A stretch of 64,000 nucleotides of DNA from Candidatus Eiseniibacteriota bacterium (lineage in GTDB: Bacteria; Eisenbacteria; RBG-16-71-46; CAZAMP01): contig OZ245046.1 in assembly GCA_965224245.1 (NCBI GenBank), positions 3,968,001-4,032,000 of the forward strand. Reading direction: 5' to 3'. Of the stretch, positions 29,109 through 37,539 are shown piece by piece; the stretch's first letter is position 1; every line of letters starts with the position of its first letter. The position numbers were made by a program, and so were the translations under genes. The notes under the pieces are model-generated. The model was not told the origin of the DNA. It saw nothing but the letters and a program-made list of their open reading frames with translations, and ran no database searches.

Positions 29109-30073
29109 TCGGGGTCTCCCGCCTCGTCGATCAGACGGAGGTACGCCTCCTCGAGCGTACCCGCGCCCGAGCGGAGCTCGGTCAGGAGTACGTCGCGCTC
29201 GGAGAGCCAGGCCGCCAGCGACGCGATCCCCTCCGGACTCAACGGGCCGTCAACCCGGTAGTGCGCACCGGGCTCGGTGATCACGTGCGCGCAGAGGTGC
29301 GCGGCGAGAGCCGGCGCATCGATGGGCTCCGAGCACGCGAACATGGCGCCGTCGGTCACCGTGGCCGCAAGACGTCGCGGCGTGTCCATTGCGCGGATGC
29401 GCCCGCAGGTGAGGATGGCCACCCGGTCGGCCACGGCCTCGGCCTCGTGCAGAAGATGCGTGGTCAGGAACACCGTCACACCGTCCGCAGCCAGCGCGCG
29501 CACGGTGTCCCACGTGGCCCGACGAACCGCTGCGTCCATGCCGACGGTGGGCTCGTCCAGGAAGATCAGGTCGGGATTGCCGACCAGGGCAGCGCCGAGC
29601 GAGAGCCGCTGGCGCTCGCCACCCGACAGGTGTCGCACGAGTCGTCTGCCCATCGTGTCGAGCCCGACACGCGCGAGCACGTCGTCCACGGGAAGTGGCC
29701 GGGCGACGAACTTCGAGAAGAGCACGACCGCCTCGCGCACGGTCAGACCGGGGTTGATCCCCCCGTCCTGGAGCATGACCCCCAGCCGCGGCGCCAGCCG
29801 GCGGGCGCCGGCGGCCGGGTCGACACCCAGCACGCGCACGTCACCGCCGTCGCGTCGCCCGTAGCCGATCAGGATCTCCACGAGCGTCGTCTTGCCGGCC
29901 CCGTTGGGGCCCAGGAGCGCGAAGATCTCGCCCGCCCGGACCCGGAACGACACGTCCTCGAGCACGCGCAGGTCACCGTAGCGCTTGCGCACGGCGGTCA
30001 CGGCGATCGCGTCGCCGGCGGGGGGACCCCCCGGGGCCCCGGTGTCCGGTCGTTGCTGGGTCTCTGCGGTCAC
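29105..30073 (-). CDS. ABC transporter ATP-binding protein
   Basis: GPNGAGKTT, LSGGE, LDEPT, TTH; start position approximate. Confidence 0.93.
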   Translation of the reverse strand: MTAETQQRPDTGAPGGPPAGDAIAVTAVRKRYGDLRVLEDVSFRVRAGEIFALLGPNGAGKTTLVEILIGYGRRDGGDVRVLGVDPAAGARRLAPRLGVMLQDGGINPGLTVREAVVLFSKFVARPLPVDDVLARVGLDTMGRRLVRHLSGGERQRLSLGAALVGNPDLIFLDEPTVGMDAAVRRATWDTVRALAADGVTVFLTTHLLHEAEAVADRVAILTCGRIRAMDTPRRLAATVTDGAMFACSEPIDAPALAAHLCAHVITEPGAHYRVDGPLSPEGIASLAAWLSERDVLLTELRSGAGTLEEAYLRLIDEAGDPE

Positions 30074-30126
30074 GTCGCGCTCGAAGTCATCTGCGGTTGG
30101 AGGCGCGCCTTCGCGCACGGGCAACG

Positions 30127-30154
30127 AAAAGGCCCGGCGGAGACCCGCCGGGCC
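30127..30154 (-). terminator. Rho-independent terminator of the cupredoxin gene
   Basis: GGCCCGGCGG/CCGCCGGGCC 10-bp stem followed by TTTT on the - strand. Confidence 0.85.
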
Positions 30155-30179
30155 GCGAACGCTAGCAGCTTCCGGGGCG

Positions 30180-30626
30180 CTATGCCAATGCGCGACGACG
30201 GAGCATGACGGCGCCGCCCAGGGCGGCGGCGACGGCCACGACGAGCGCAAGACCGGCGCCACCGGCAGGAGCGGCCACACCGCTCGCCGCGACCACCTCG
30301 ATGCTGCCCTCCATGCCCAGCGACGCGCAGTGCGTGGAGATCGAGCAGTGGTAGTCGACGGTCCCGGTCGTGGAGAACGTCTGATCGAAGCCCGAGCCGC
30401 CGAGCACCCCACTGTCGAACGCGCCGTCGGCGGTGCAGCCCGACCCGGACGTCACGGTGTGCGTCCCGCTGACGAGCTGCCAGTGGACGGTGTCGCCCTC
30501 GTTGATCACGAGGTTCGCCGGTACGAACTCGAAGTTCTGGACCATCACGTTGTGCGTCTCCGCCGAGGCGGCCGACGCGAGAAGGACGAGTCCGGCGAAG
30601 ACGCTAGCGAGATGACGAAGGTGCAT
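30180..30626 (-). CDS. Plastocyanin/azurin-like blue copper protein with C-terminal TM-RRR anchor
   Basis: Signal peptide; F.P..L.I..GDTV.W, HTVT, YHC...H....GM.G type-1 Cu ligands. Confidence 0.85.
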   Translation of the reverse strand: MHLRHLASVFAGLVLLASAASAETHNVMVQNFEFVPANLVINEGDTVHWQLVSGTHTVTSGSGCTADGAFDSGVLGGSGFDQTFSTTGTVDYHCSISTHCASLGMEGSIEVVAASGVAAPAGGAGLALVVAVAAALGGAVMLRRRALA

Positions 30627-30805
30627 GCACTCCCCTCTTTCGTTGACGAGACCCTGAATCCGACGACGATGCAGCTGACGCCGAGCATCGAACGCGGCGC
30701 GTCCCGGCGGCGCGTGACCCCATTATATCCGCGTTCGCGGAAACATATCCACGCCAGGTATCATGTCCGCGTCGTGTTGCGTCTTCACTCCAGGAGTAGT
30801 ATCGC

Positions 30806-31720
30806 ATGCTCGTGCTCGACGTGGATGCGCTTCCCGATCGACTGTTCGTCGGAACGTCGTCGTTCAGCACCTCGGACTGGTGCGGCACGTTCTACCCACA
30901 CGATGCCCGTCCTCGCGACTTTCTCGCGCACTACGCGACACGCCTTCGCACGGTCGAGATCGACGCGACGTTCTACGCGTCACCCGCGCCCGCGACCGTC
31001 GCCGGCTGGGCGCGAAAGACCCCCGACAGCTTCGTGATCTCGGCCAAGGTGCCCAAGGCGATCACACACGAGGCCTACCTCGTCGACGCACAGGCCGCGA
31101 TGACCGCGTTCCTGACCACGATGGATCTCCTCGGTCCAAGGCTGGGTCCACTGCTGCTGCAGTTCCCGTACGTCTCTCGCCAGCGCGAGCCACACGAGTG
31201 GGAGACCGGCGACGAGTTCCGTCGTCGCCTGGGCGCGTTCCTTCCCACGCTGCCGCGCGACCGGCGATTCGTCGTCGAGGTTCGAAACGAGCGGTGGCTG
31301 GGAGAGCCGCTGGTCGAGCTCCTCGAGGCACACCGCGTGGCGCTCGCGGTGACCGACTACTACACGATGCCCGCTCCCCACGAGCTCGTGTCCAGGCTGG
31401 ATCCGATCACGGCCGACTTCGCGTACGTGCGCTATCTCGGCGACCACCGGCGCATGGACGCCATCGTGAACGCGGCGATGGCCGATGGAACCCGGCGGCG
31501 CGAGTGGGAGTCGGTGATCGTGGACCGATCCGCGGAGCTGTCCCGATCGGTGCCGGTGATCTCGGCTCTGGTCGACCGGGGGGTGGACGTGTACACGTAC
31601 TTCAACAACCACTACGCGGGGTTCGCGCCCGGATCGATCGATCTCTTCATCCGGGAGTGGATGCGGCACCGGAGCGGCGGACGCGCGGTCGAGTTCCCTC
31701 GACCGCCGGACGTCCCATGA
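30806..31720 (+). CDS. DUF72 (YecE-like) protein
   Basis: GTSSF...W.G.FYP, TVEID.TFY, KVP..ITH, LGP.LLQFP, E.R, YFNNHY.G.AP. Confidence 0.92.
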   Translation: MLVLDVDALPDRLFVGTSSFSTSDWCGTFYPHDARPRDFLAHYATRLRTVEIDATFYASPAPATVAGWARKTPDSFVISAKVPKAITHEAYLVDAQAAMTAFLTTMDLLGPRLGPLLLQFPYVSRQREPHEWETGDEFRRRLGAFLPTLPRDRRFVVEVRNERWLGEPLVELLEAHRVALAVTDYYTMPAPHELVSRLDPITADFAYVRYLGDHRRMDAIVNAAMADGTRRREWESVIVDRSAELSRSVPVISALVDRGVDVYTYFNNHYAGFAPGSIDLFIREWMRHRSGGRAVEFPRPPDVP

Positions 31721-33186
31721 CGAGGTCCTCCGATCGACCCTGCATCGTCTGGCTCCGGCGGGATCTCCGGATCTCGGACAATCCGGCGCTGGCCGCGGCC
31801 CACGCGAGCGGACGCCCGATCGTGCCGCTGTTCGTGTGGTCGCCCGAGGAGGACACCACCGACGCGCGCGCCGGCGACTGGGCGCCGGGATCGGCGAGCC
31901 GCTGGTGGCTCCATCACTCGCTCGTGGCGCTGGACGATGCGCTACGCCATCGCGGGCTCACGCTCGTCGTGCGCCGGGGAACGGCCCTCGACGCGCTCCA
32001 GCGCGTCGCCGAGGAAACCGGTGCCGCCGCGGTGCGCTGGAACCGTCTCTACGATCCCGACACGATCGCGCGGGATCGATCGATCAGGTCCGCGCTCGGG
32101 GAGGGCGGACTCGACGTCACGAGCACGCCGGGCTCGGTGCTGATGGAGCCGCACGCGCTGAAGACGACCACCGGCGGTCCCTATCGCGTCTACACTCCGT
32201 TCTGGAAGGCGCTCCAGCGCGAGTACACGCCCCCGAAGCGGCTCGACGTGCCGGCGCGTCTCCGGGGACTCGACCGCGATCTCGAGTCGACGTCCATCGA
32301 CGCGCTCGGTCTGCTGCCGTCCATCGACTGGGCCGGCGGACTCCGCGACGCGTGGACACCGGGAGAGGTCGGCGCCGAGACGCTCCTCGGCCGTGCGATC
32401 GCCGACGTGGTGCCCGACTATGCCGACGAGCGAGATCGACCCGATCACAGGGGGACATCGCGCCTGTCGGCACATCTCCACTTCGGCGAGGTCAGCGTGG
32501 CCGACGTCTGGAGGCGCGTGTCGGACGAGGTCCCCGGGAAGCAGGCGCTCCCCTACCTCCGCCAGCTCGCGTGGCGCGACTTCGCCCACCATCTCCTGTT
32601 CCACTTCCCGACGACGACCGACACGCCTCTCCGCAACGAGTTCGCGGCCTTCCCGTGGGCCGAGGACGCGGCCGCGCTCCGGCACTGGCAGCGCGGCCGG
32701 ACCGGATACCCGATCGTGGACGCGGGCATGCGCGAGCTCTGGACGACGGGCTGGATGCACAACCGCGTGCGGATGATCGTGGGGTCGTTCCTGGTGAAGA
32801 ATCTCCTCCAGTCCTGGACGGAGGGAGCCGCGTGGTTCTGGGACACGCTGGTGGACGCCGACCTCGCCAACAACACGTTCGGATGGCAGTGGATCGGCGG
32901 CTGCGGCGCCGACGCGGCGCCCTACTTCCGGATCTTCAACCCGATCCTGCAGTCGCGCCGGTTCGACCCGGACGGCGAGTACGTGCGCCGGTGGGTGCCC
33001 GAGCTGGCGAAGCTGCCCGCGAGAGCGATCGCGGCGCCGTGGGAGGCGTCACCGACGCTGCTCGCCGAGGCGGGGGTCACGCTGGGGCGAGACTACCCGC
33101 ACCCCATCGTAGAGCTCCGGCCGAGTCGCAATCGGGCGCTGGCGGCGTACGAGGACATGCGAAGCAGTTCCAAACGGGCCCCCTGA
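31717..33186 (+). CDS. phrB: Class I CPD DNA photolyase
   Basis: WLRRDLRISDNPAL, TSRLS.HL.FGE, GYPIVDAGMREL..TGWMHNR.RM, YFRIFNP; ATGA overlap with DUF72. Confidence 0.95.
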   Translation: MTRSSDRPCIVWLRRDLRISDNPALAAAHASGRPIVPLFVWSPEEDTTDARAGDWAPGSASRWWLHHSLVALDDALRHRGLTLVVRRGTALDALQRVAEETGAAAVRWNRLYDPDTIARDRSIRSALGEGGLDVTSTPGSVLMEPHALKTTTGGPYRVYTPFWKALQREYTPPKRLDVPARLRGLDRDLESTSIDALGLLPSIDWAGGLRDAWTPGEVGAETLLGRAIADVVPDYADERDRPDHRGTSRLSAHLHFGEVSVADVWRRVSDEVPGKQALPYLRQLAWRDFAHHLLFHFPTTTDTPLRNEFAAFPWAEDAAALRHWQRGRTGYPIVDAGMRELWTTGWMHNRVRMIVGSFLVKNLLQSWTEGAAWFWDTLVDADLANNTFGWQWIGGCGADAAPYFRIFNPILQSRRFDPDGEYVRRWVPELAKLPARAIAAPWEASPTLLAEAGVTLGRDYPHPIVELRPSRNRALAAYEDMRSSSKRAP

Positions 33187-33192
33187 CACCTA

Positions 33193-34326
33193 GCGTGCCG
33201 AGTCATAAGTCATGTTAACTACGAACCGCCTTGTTGATGATCTGATCGGCGGGCTTCGTCCAGACGAACGGCTTGGCTTCGAGGTTCCACAACCGGATGA
33301 ACTGCTCGATGTGACGGATGAGGGCCTTTACGCTCGAACTGGTCGCTCGTCTTACCGAGCGTCGGGTCAGGATCGAGAACCACGCCTCGATCATGTTCAA
33401 CCACGACGCGCCGGTCGGCGTGAAGTGGAACTGGACGTTCGGATGGCTCGCGAGCCACTCCCGAACCGCTGGCGTTCGATGCGTCGACGCATTGTCCAGG
33501 ACGATGTGGAGCGTCTCGTCCTCGTACAGATGGGCGAGGTGATCGAGGAAGGTGATGAAGTCGATGCTGGTGTGTCGCTCGCGGCACGCTCCGACGACCT
33601 CTCCGGTGGCGACCTCCAATGCGGCGTAGAGACTGGTGACCCCGTGCCGACGGTAGTCGTGCGTCATGCGAGCGGGCAGTCCCGGGCGCAGGGGGAGGAT
33701 CGGCTGGGTGAGATCGAGCGCTTGGATCTGGGTCTTCTCGTCCAAGCAGAGCACGATGGCATTGTCGGGCGGGTTCATGTACAGCCCCACGACGTCGATG
33801 ATCTTCTCGACCGCCTTGGGGTCGGTCGTGAACTTGAACGACCCGAGCTGATGCGGCTTCACGTTGGCCTGGCGCCAGATGCGCGTCACCGAGCTCTGCG
33901 AGACGCCAGTCCGCTCGGCAATGTCTCGACTCGACCACTGCGTGAGGCCCTTGGGCGGCGGAGTCAACGTCAGCGCGACGACCTTGGAGATCTTCTTTGT
34001 GGTGATCAGCTTCGGGCGCCCCGAGCGCGGGCGATCCACGAGACCCTCGATCCCGTGTTCCGCATACCGACGCCGCAGTCGACTGACGTGAATGATATTG
34101 AACCCGGTCGCGCGCGCCACATCGACGTTGGGGATGCCGTCGGCCATCAGGAGTACGGCCCGGGCGCGCCGACTGGTCCCTGCACGCCCGCGCTGGGAGC
34201 GGGCGATGCGCTCGAGTTCGTGTCGTTCTCGCTTTCCGAGCTGGATGGGTCGAGCATGATTCGCCATGAAGCCTCCAGGTGAAAGCGTACATGGCACATA
34301 TTAGCATGACTTATGACTCGGAACAC
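33193..34326 (-). mobile_element. IS630-family insertion sequence
   Basis: Imperfect terminal IRs including the flanking CTAG (33190-33218 vs 34301-34329, 26/29); TA duplicated at 33191-33192 and 34327-34328. Confidence 0.95.
33215..34267 (-). CDS. IS630 transposase
   Basis: DRPRSGRP HTH region, DEKTQIQAL, HDY.RHG, LDN.STH, SWLN.IE.WF; GGAGG RBS; stop lies inside the IR. Confidence 0.96.
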   Translation of the reverse strand: MANHARPIQLGKRERHELERIARSQRGRAGTSRRARAVLLMADGIPNVDVARATGFNIIHVSRLRRRYAEHGIEGLVDRPRSGRPKLITTKKISKVVALTLTPPPKGLTQWSSRDIAERTGVSQSSVTRIWRQANVKPHQLGSFKFTTDPKAVEKIIDVVGLYMNPPDNAIVLCLDEKTQIQALDLTQPILPLRPGLPARMTHDYRRHGVTSLYAALEVATGEVVGACRERHTSIDFITFLDHLAHLYEDETLHIVLDNASTHRTPAVREWLASHPNVQFHFTPTGASWLNMIEAWFSILTRRSVRRATSSSVKALIRHIEQFIRLWNLEAKPFVWTKPADQIINKAVRS

Positions 34327-34690
34327 TAGCGCGTCGGTGATTCGACGTGGACCGGTCGGCTCTCCTGCGGACCCCGTTGAAGCCGAGGAAGGTGAGTGTC
34401 TTCTGGTCCCCGGGCGCCGGGCCAGGCCACATCGCAGTCGGAGCCGGAATGCTTCGACCGAGACATCGGGTTTGGTCGAACATGATCGGGGCGATCGAGC
34501 CCGTGATCGCCTGTCCATGACGAGAGCGTCGACGTCGTCGTTTTGGGTTCATCCGGGCTCCCGGGAAATCCGCCCGGCACGAGCGACGCTCCGGGCTCGC
34601 GTCACCGGTGATCGTCCTCGTCTTGCCGTCCTCGCGACCTCGGTGACACTCACGATCGCTCGGGTCGTGGCGCGCGGCGATTCCCCGGTG

Positions 34691-34866
34691 CCATGCCCCG
34701 ACACATCCCCCGTGCCCCGAGGCATCCCCCGTGCCCCGAGGCATCCTCCGTGACCCGAGGCATCCCCCGTGACCCGGTGATGACCCCGTGACCCGGCAAC
34801 CCCGTGACCCTGTGATCCGGTGACCCGGTGAACCCGTGACCCGGTGACCCCGTGACGCGGTGACCC
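34691..34866. repeat. Compound minisatellite: 4 x 19 bp followed by ~10 x 8 bp
   Basis: CCGTG(C/A)CCCGAGGCATCCC units, then C(C/G)GTGACC units. Confidence 0.85.
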
Positions 34867-35943
34867 GGCGGCGCCGACCCCGGTGACCGAGGTGAGCCCA
34901 CTGACCCTCGTGCAACCGGGTGACCCTTCTGGCTCTCGGCGCTCGTGACCATCATGCAGCATCAGCTCGTGACGGTCGTGAACCTCTCGGCGCGCGTGAC
35001 TCCTCGCGATCCGGATGATACCCGTCGTCCGTCGCGTCCCTGCGAGGTCACGACGCGGGAAGCGGCTCACCCGGCGCGTGGCCCGTTCGCTCGCGGCCGA
35101 TTCACCTGGCTCGACTCGCTCGAGCACGCCTCGCCGTCGTTCGCGACTCGCGGTCACTCGCGCCGTCGCGCGTCGAGCCACACCTCGCGCGCCGCGGCCA
35201 CCGGCATCGCGTGCAACGCGGCGTGACAGCGCCAGCACACCGTGGCCAGGTCTCCAGCGTGTTCCGACCCCCGAGCTCCACGGGCAGCCGATGATGCACC
35301 GCGAGGTGATGCCGGCTGTTGCACCCGGGTACACGACATCGGTGCTCGTCGCGTGCGAGCACGCGTCGCCGCAGGCTCGGCGCGATGCTGGCGCGACGCC
35401 GGCCCCGGGCATCGACGACGTCCGCGTCGGCAAGAATGGCCCGGCGCATGACGTCGGGAAGCGCACGATCCCCGATGCGCGCCCGTCGACAGGTCGGACA
35501 GTCCTGGACGACGATCTGATAGCACGACCGCGGTCCCGCTCCTGCCACCATCGCCGTCGATGAGGAAGACGTCGTGGGCCATGACGCCCGAGGGGGACGC
35601 CGACGACGACGGAGACGCCGGAGACGCAGGACGCACGCGGGATGAGGAAGCCGACGGGGATGAGGAGGACGGCGCCGACGTCGACCGAGCCGCCGCTCCC
35701 GACGCCGTCGACCGAGCCGCCAACCCCGACGACAGGGCGTTCGCGAACATCGCCATCGCCGCGACGACGAACTCCGCCTTCGAGCCCCGGAACCCGTGCT
35801 TCCGGGCGTGCTCCCACGCGGCCTCGGCGTGCGCATGGGAGAGGGTATCGAGACGGACGCGCAGCTCGAGGGTCACCTCGAGCGTCGGCGGCGATGTCGC
35901 GGCGGCATCGCCGACCTTCGCGGCGGCGTCGAGCACCCCGGCT

Positions 35944-36110
35944 GGGTCGACCGGGGTAGCGCAGTCGACCACCGCGGCAGGGTCGACCACCGCGGCGGAG
36001 TCGACCACCGCGGTGGAGCCGACCGTGGCAGGTTCGACGACGGTGGCGGAATCGACCACCGCGGTGGAGTCCGCCACCGTCGCCGAGTCGGCCACCGCCG
36101 CCGGATCGAC
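35944..36110. repeat. Intragenic 18-bp tandem repeats (AVVDSA-like hexapeptides)
   Basis: About 9 degenerate GTCGACCACCGCGG-containing units. Confidence 0.8.
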
Positions 36111-36523
36111 CCGGATCGTCTCCTGGGCCGCGCCACCGACCGCCCGCCGCGCCGCCGCCCGGGCGTCCGCGATCCGCTGCTCCAGCTCCCGACGCGACAG
36201 ACGCGACGCCAGCCCGATCCACGCATCCGCGGACGAGGCGGTCAGGATCGGCGCGATCGCGCGCGCCTTCGTCCAGCTCAGCCGGCCCGACGCCATCGCG
36301 TCGCGGAGCGCCGGGAACTCCCGCATCCGCTCGGACAGCCCCCGCAGCTGATGACACCGCGACGCCGACATCTCCAGTCGCTCGGTCGCGTACGCCAGCA
36401 TCGAGGTGAAGCCGAGCACGCGGTAGTGGTGCTCGGCGTCGATCTCGGCGAACGACAGCGCGACCGCGACGCTGGCGCGGCCTTCCAGACGTCGCACGCG
36501 CTCCAGCCGCCGGCAGGCGCGAC

Positions 36524-36642
36524 GCGAGCGCGCCTCGCGCCGAGCGTCCGTCCCCTGAAGACGGGAGCGCGCGTTGTTCCGAACGTCCGTCCCCTGAAGA
36601 CGGGAGCGCGCGTCGCTCCGAACGTCCGCCCCCTGGAGACGG
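36524..36642. repeat. Intragenic 39-bp tandem repeats x3 (SRLQG.DVR..AR)
   Basis: CCCCTG(A/G)AG at 36552, 36591 and 36630. Confidence 0.85.
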
Positions 36643-36897
36643 CTCGTGTTCGTGCGGGACACGTTCGCGACACGCGATGGCTCGGACCTGGATACCCGCA
36701 TGATGCACCCCTCAGTCGACGGTGTTGAGCCTCGGACGACCGGCCGATCCGATCGCACGGCGCCGCGTCATCAATCGGCGCTGACGGAGATCGACCGGTG
36801 AACGCCATCGCCCGGGGCGTGCGCGGCGAAGGAACTGGCAACTGCTCGATCCACCGCGGGGGAGAGGTCCGTCGATCTGGGGCTGATCGACGTGAGA

Positions 36898-36957
36898 AGA
36901 CTACCGGAACGGCCGGGCGAAGTCAAGCATAAATCAATACGTGACAATACTTTAACA
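36898..36957 (-). promoter_or_regulatory. sigma70 promoter with AT-rich UP-like tract for the HNH gene
   Basis: TTGACT(36926-36921), 17 nt, TAGTCT(36903-36898); AT-rich 36927-36957. Confidence 0.6.
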
Positions 36958-37336
36958 GGCTCGAGGGGGGGCTCCGATCGACCGCATCCGAGACGTCGGA
37001 GAGCCCGCCGGTGGGTCCCGAAGACCCGGGCGCTCACCGCTCGTCGTGCCGAGCGCCTCCGCGCCCCGCCATACCCGGGCAAGAACCAGCTCCGGCATCC
37101 GACCGAGCGGCGAGCCCGGAGGCGCCGACGCACGAACGAGGCTCGATGTCGTCATCGAGGTCTCGAGACGAACTCGCTCCCCGCGATGCCCGGATGCGCC
37201 CCTTCTCGAATGGCAGCACCCACGGCTACGTGCCGCGTCAGCGAACTCGGCACCGATCGAGGAGGCGCGGCACCCGGCCACGTGCGTGTGTTCGCTCGAC
37301 ACGCCGCCGAGAACAGCCGGGTATGACGGGAGCCCA

Positions 37337-37495
37337 TGAGACGAGGCGACGGTCGTGGCGCCCTTCGTTCGTGCTCTCCAGGAGGTTGGTTCACGGGTCT
37401 GGTGCGACGACGACAAACTGAAGCTCGGTGACCGTCTGCGTCGTGCGATCGGCCACGGTCTCGCCGAGACCGGCTCCGGCATCGTTGTCGCGTGC
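37337..37495 (+). pseudogene. Degenerate TIR-domain fragment
   Basis: *DEATVVAPFVRALQEVGSRVWCDDDKLKLGDRLRRAIGHGLAETGSGIVV resembles the bacterial TIR pattern 'EDK..VA.PL...L...G..VW.D...L..GDSL...I..GL..S..GIVV'. Confidence 0.65.
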
Positions 37496-37539
37496 ATGAA
37501 GACGCGGCCAGCCTCCCGCCAGGGCCAGCTCGCGGGTCG

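Larger units (their letters stand above)
35154..36701 (-). pseudogene. DUF222-like/HNH endonuclease gene with two compensating frameshifts
   Basis: N-terminal 'LGF.S...YA.ERL...G.LSWTKA' in frame A; 'VLARD.HRC.VPGC...L.VHH...GG.N' in frame B; 'LATVC..CH..LH' back in frame A. Confidence 0.75.

Noticed and set aside
30763..31716. N-terminal extension making an 807-aa photolyase fusion
   Set aside because: It is an alternative frame over DUF72; the photolyase starts at the ATG at 31717
34549..36708. 719-aa - strand ORF
   Set aside because: Arg/Gly-rich alternative frame over the HNH gene and minisatellite with no motifs
33190..37500. Intact prophage, retron, DGR or complete defence system
   Set aside because: No integrase, intact reverse transcriptase, TR/VR pair or structural genes; only an IS and gene remnants
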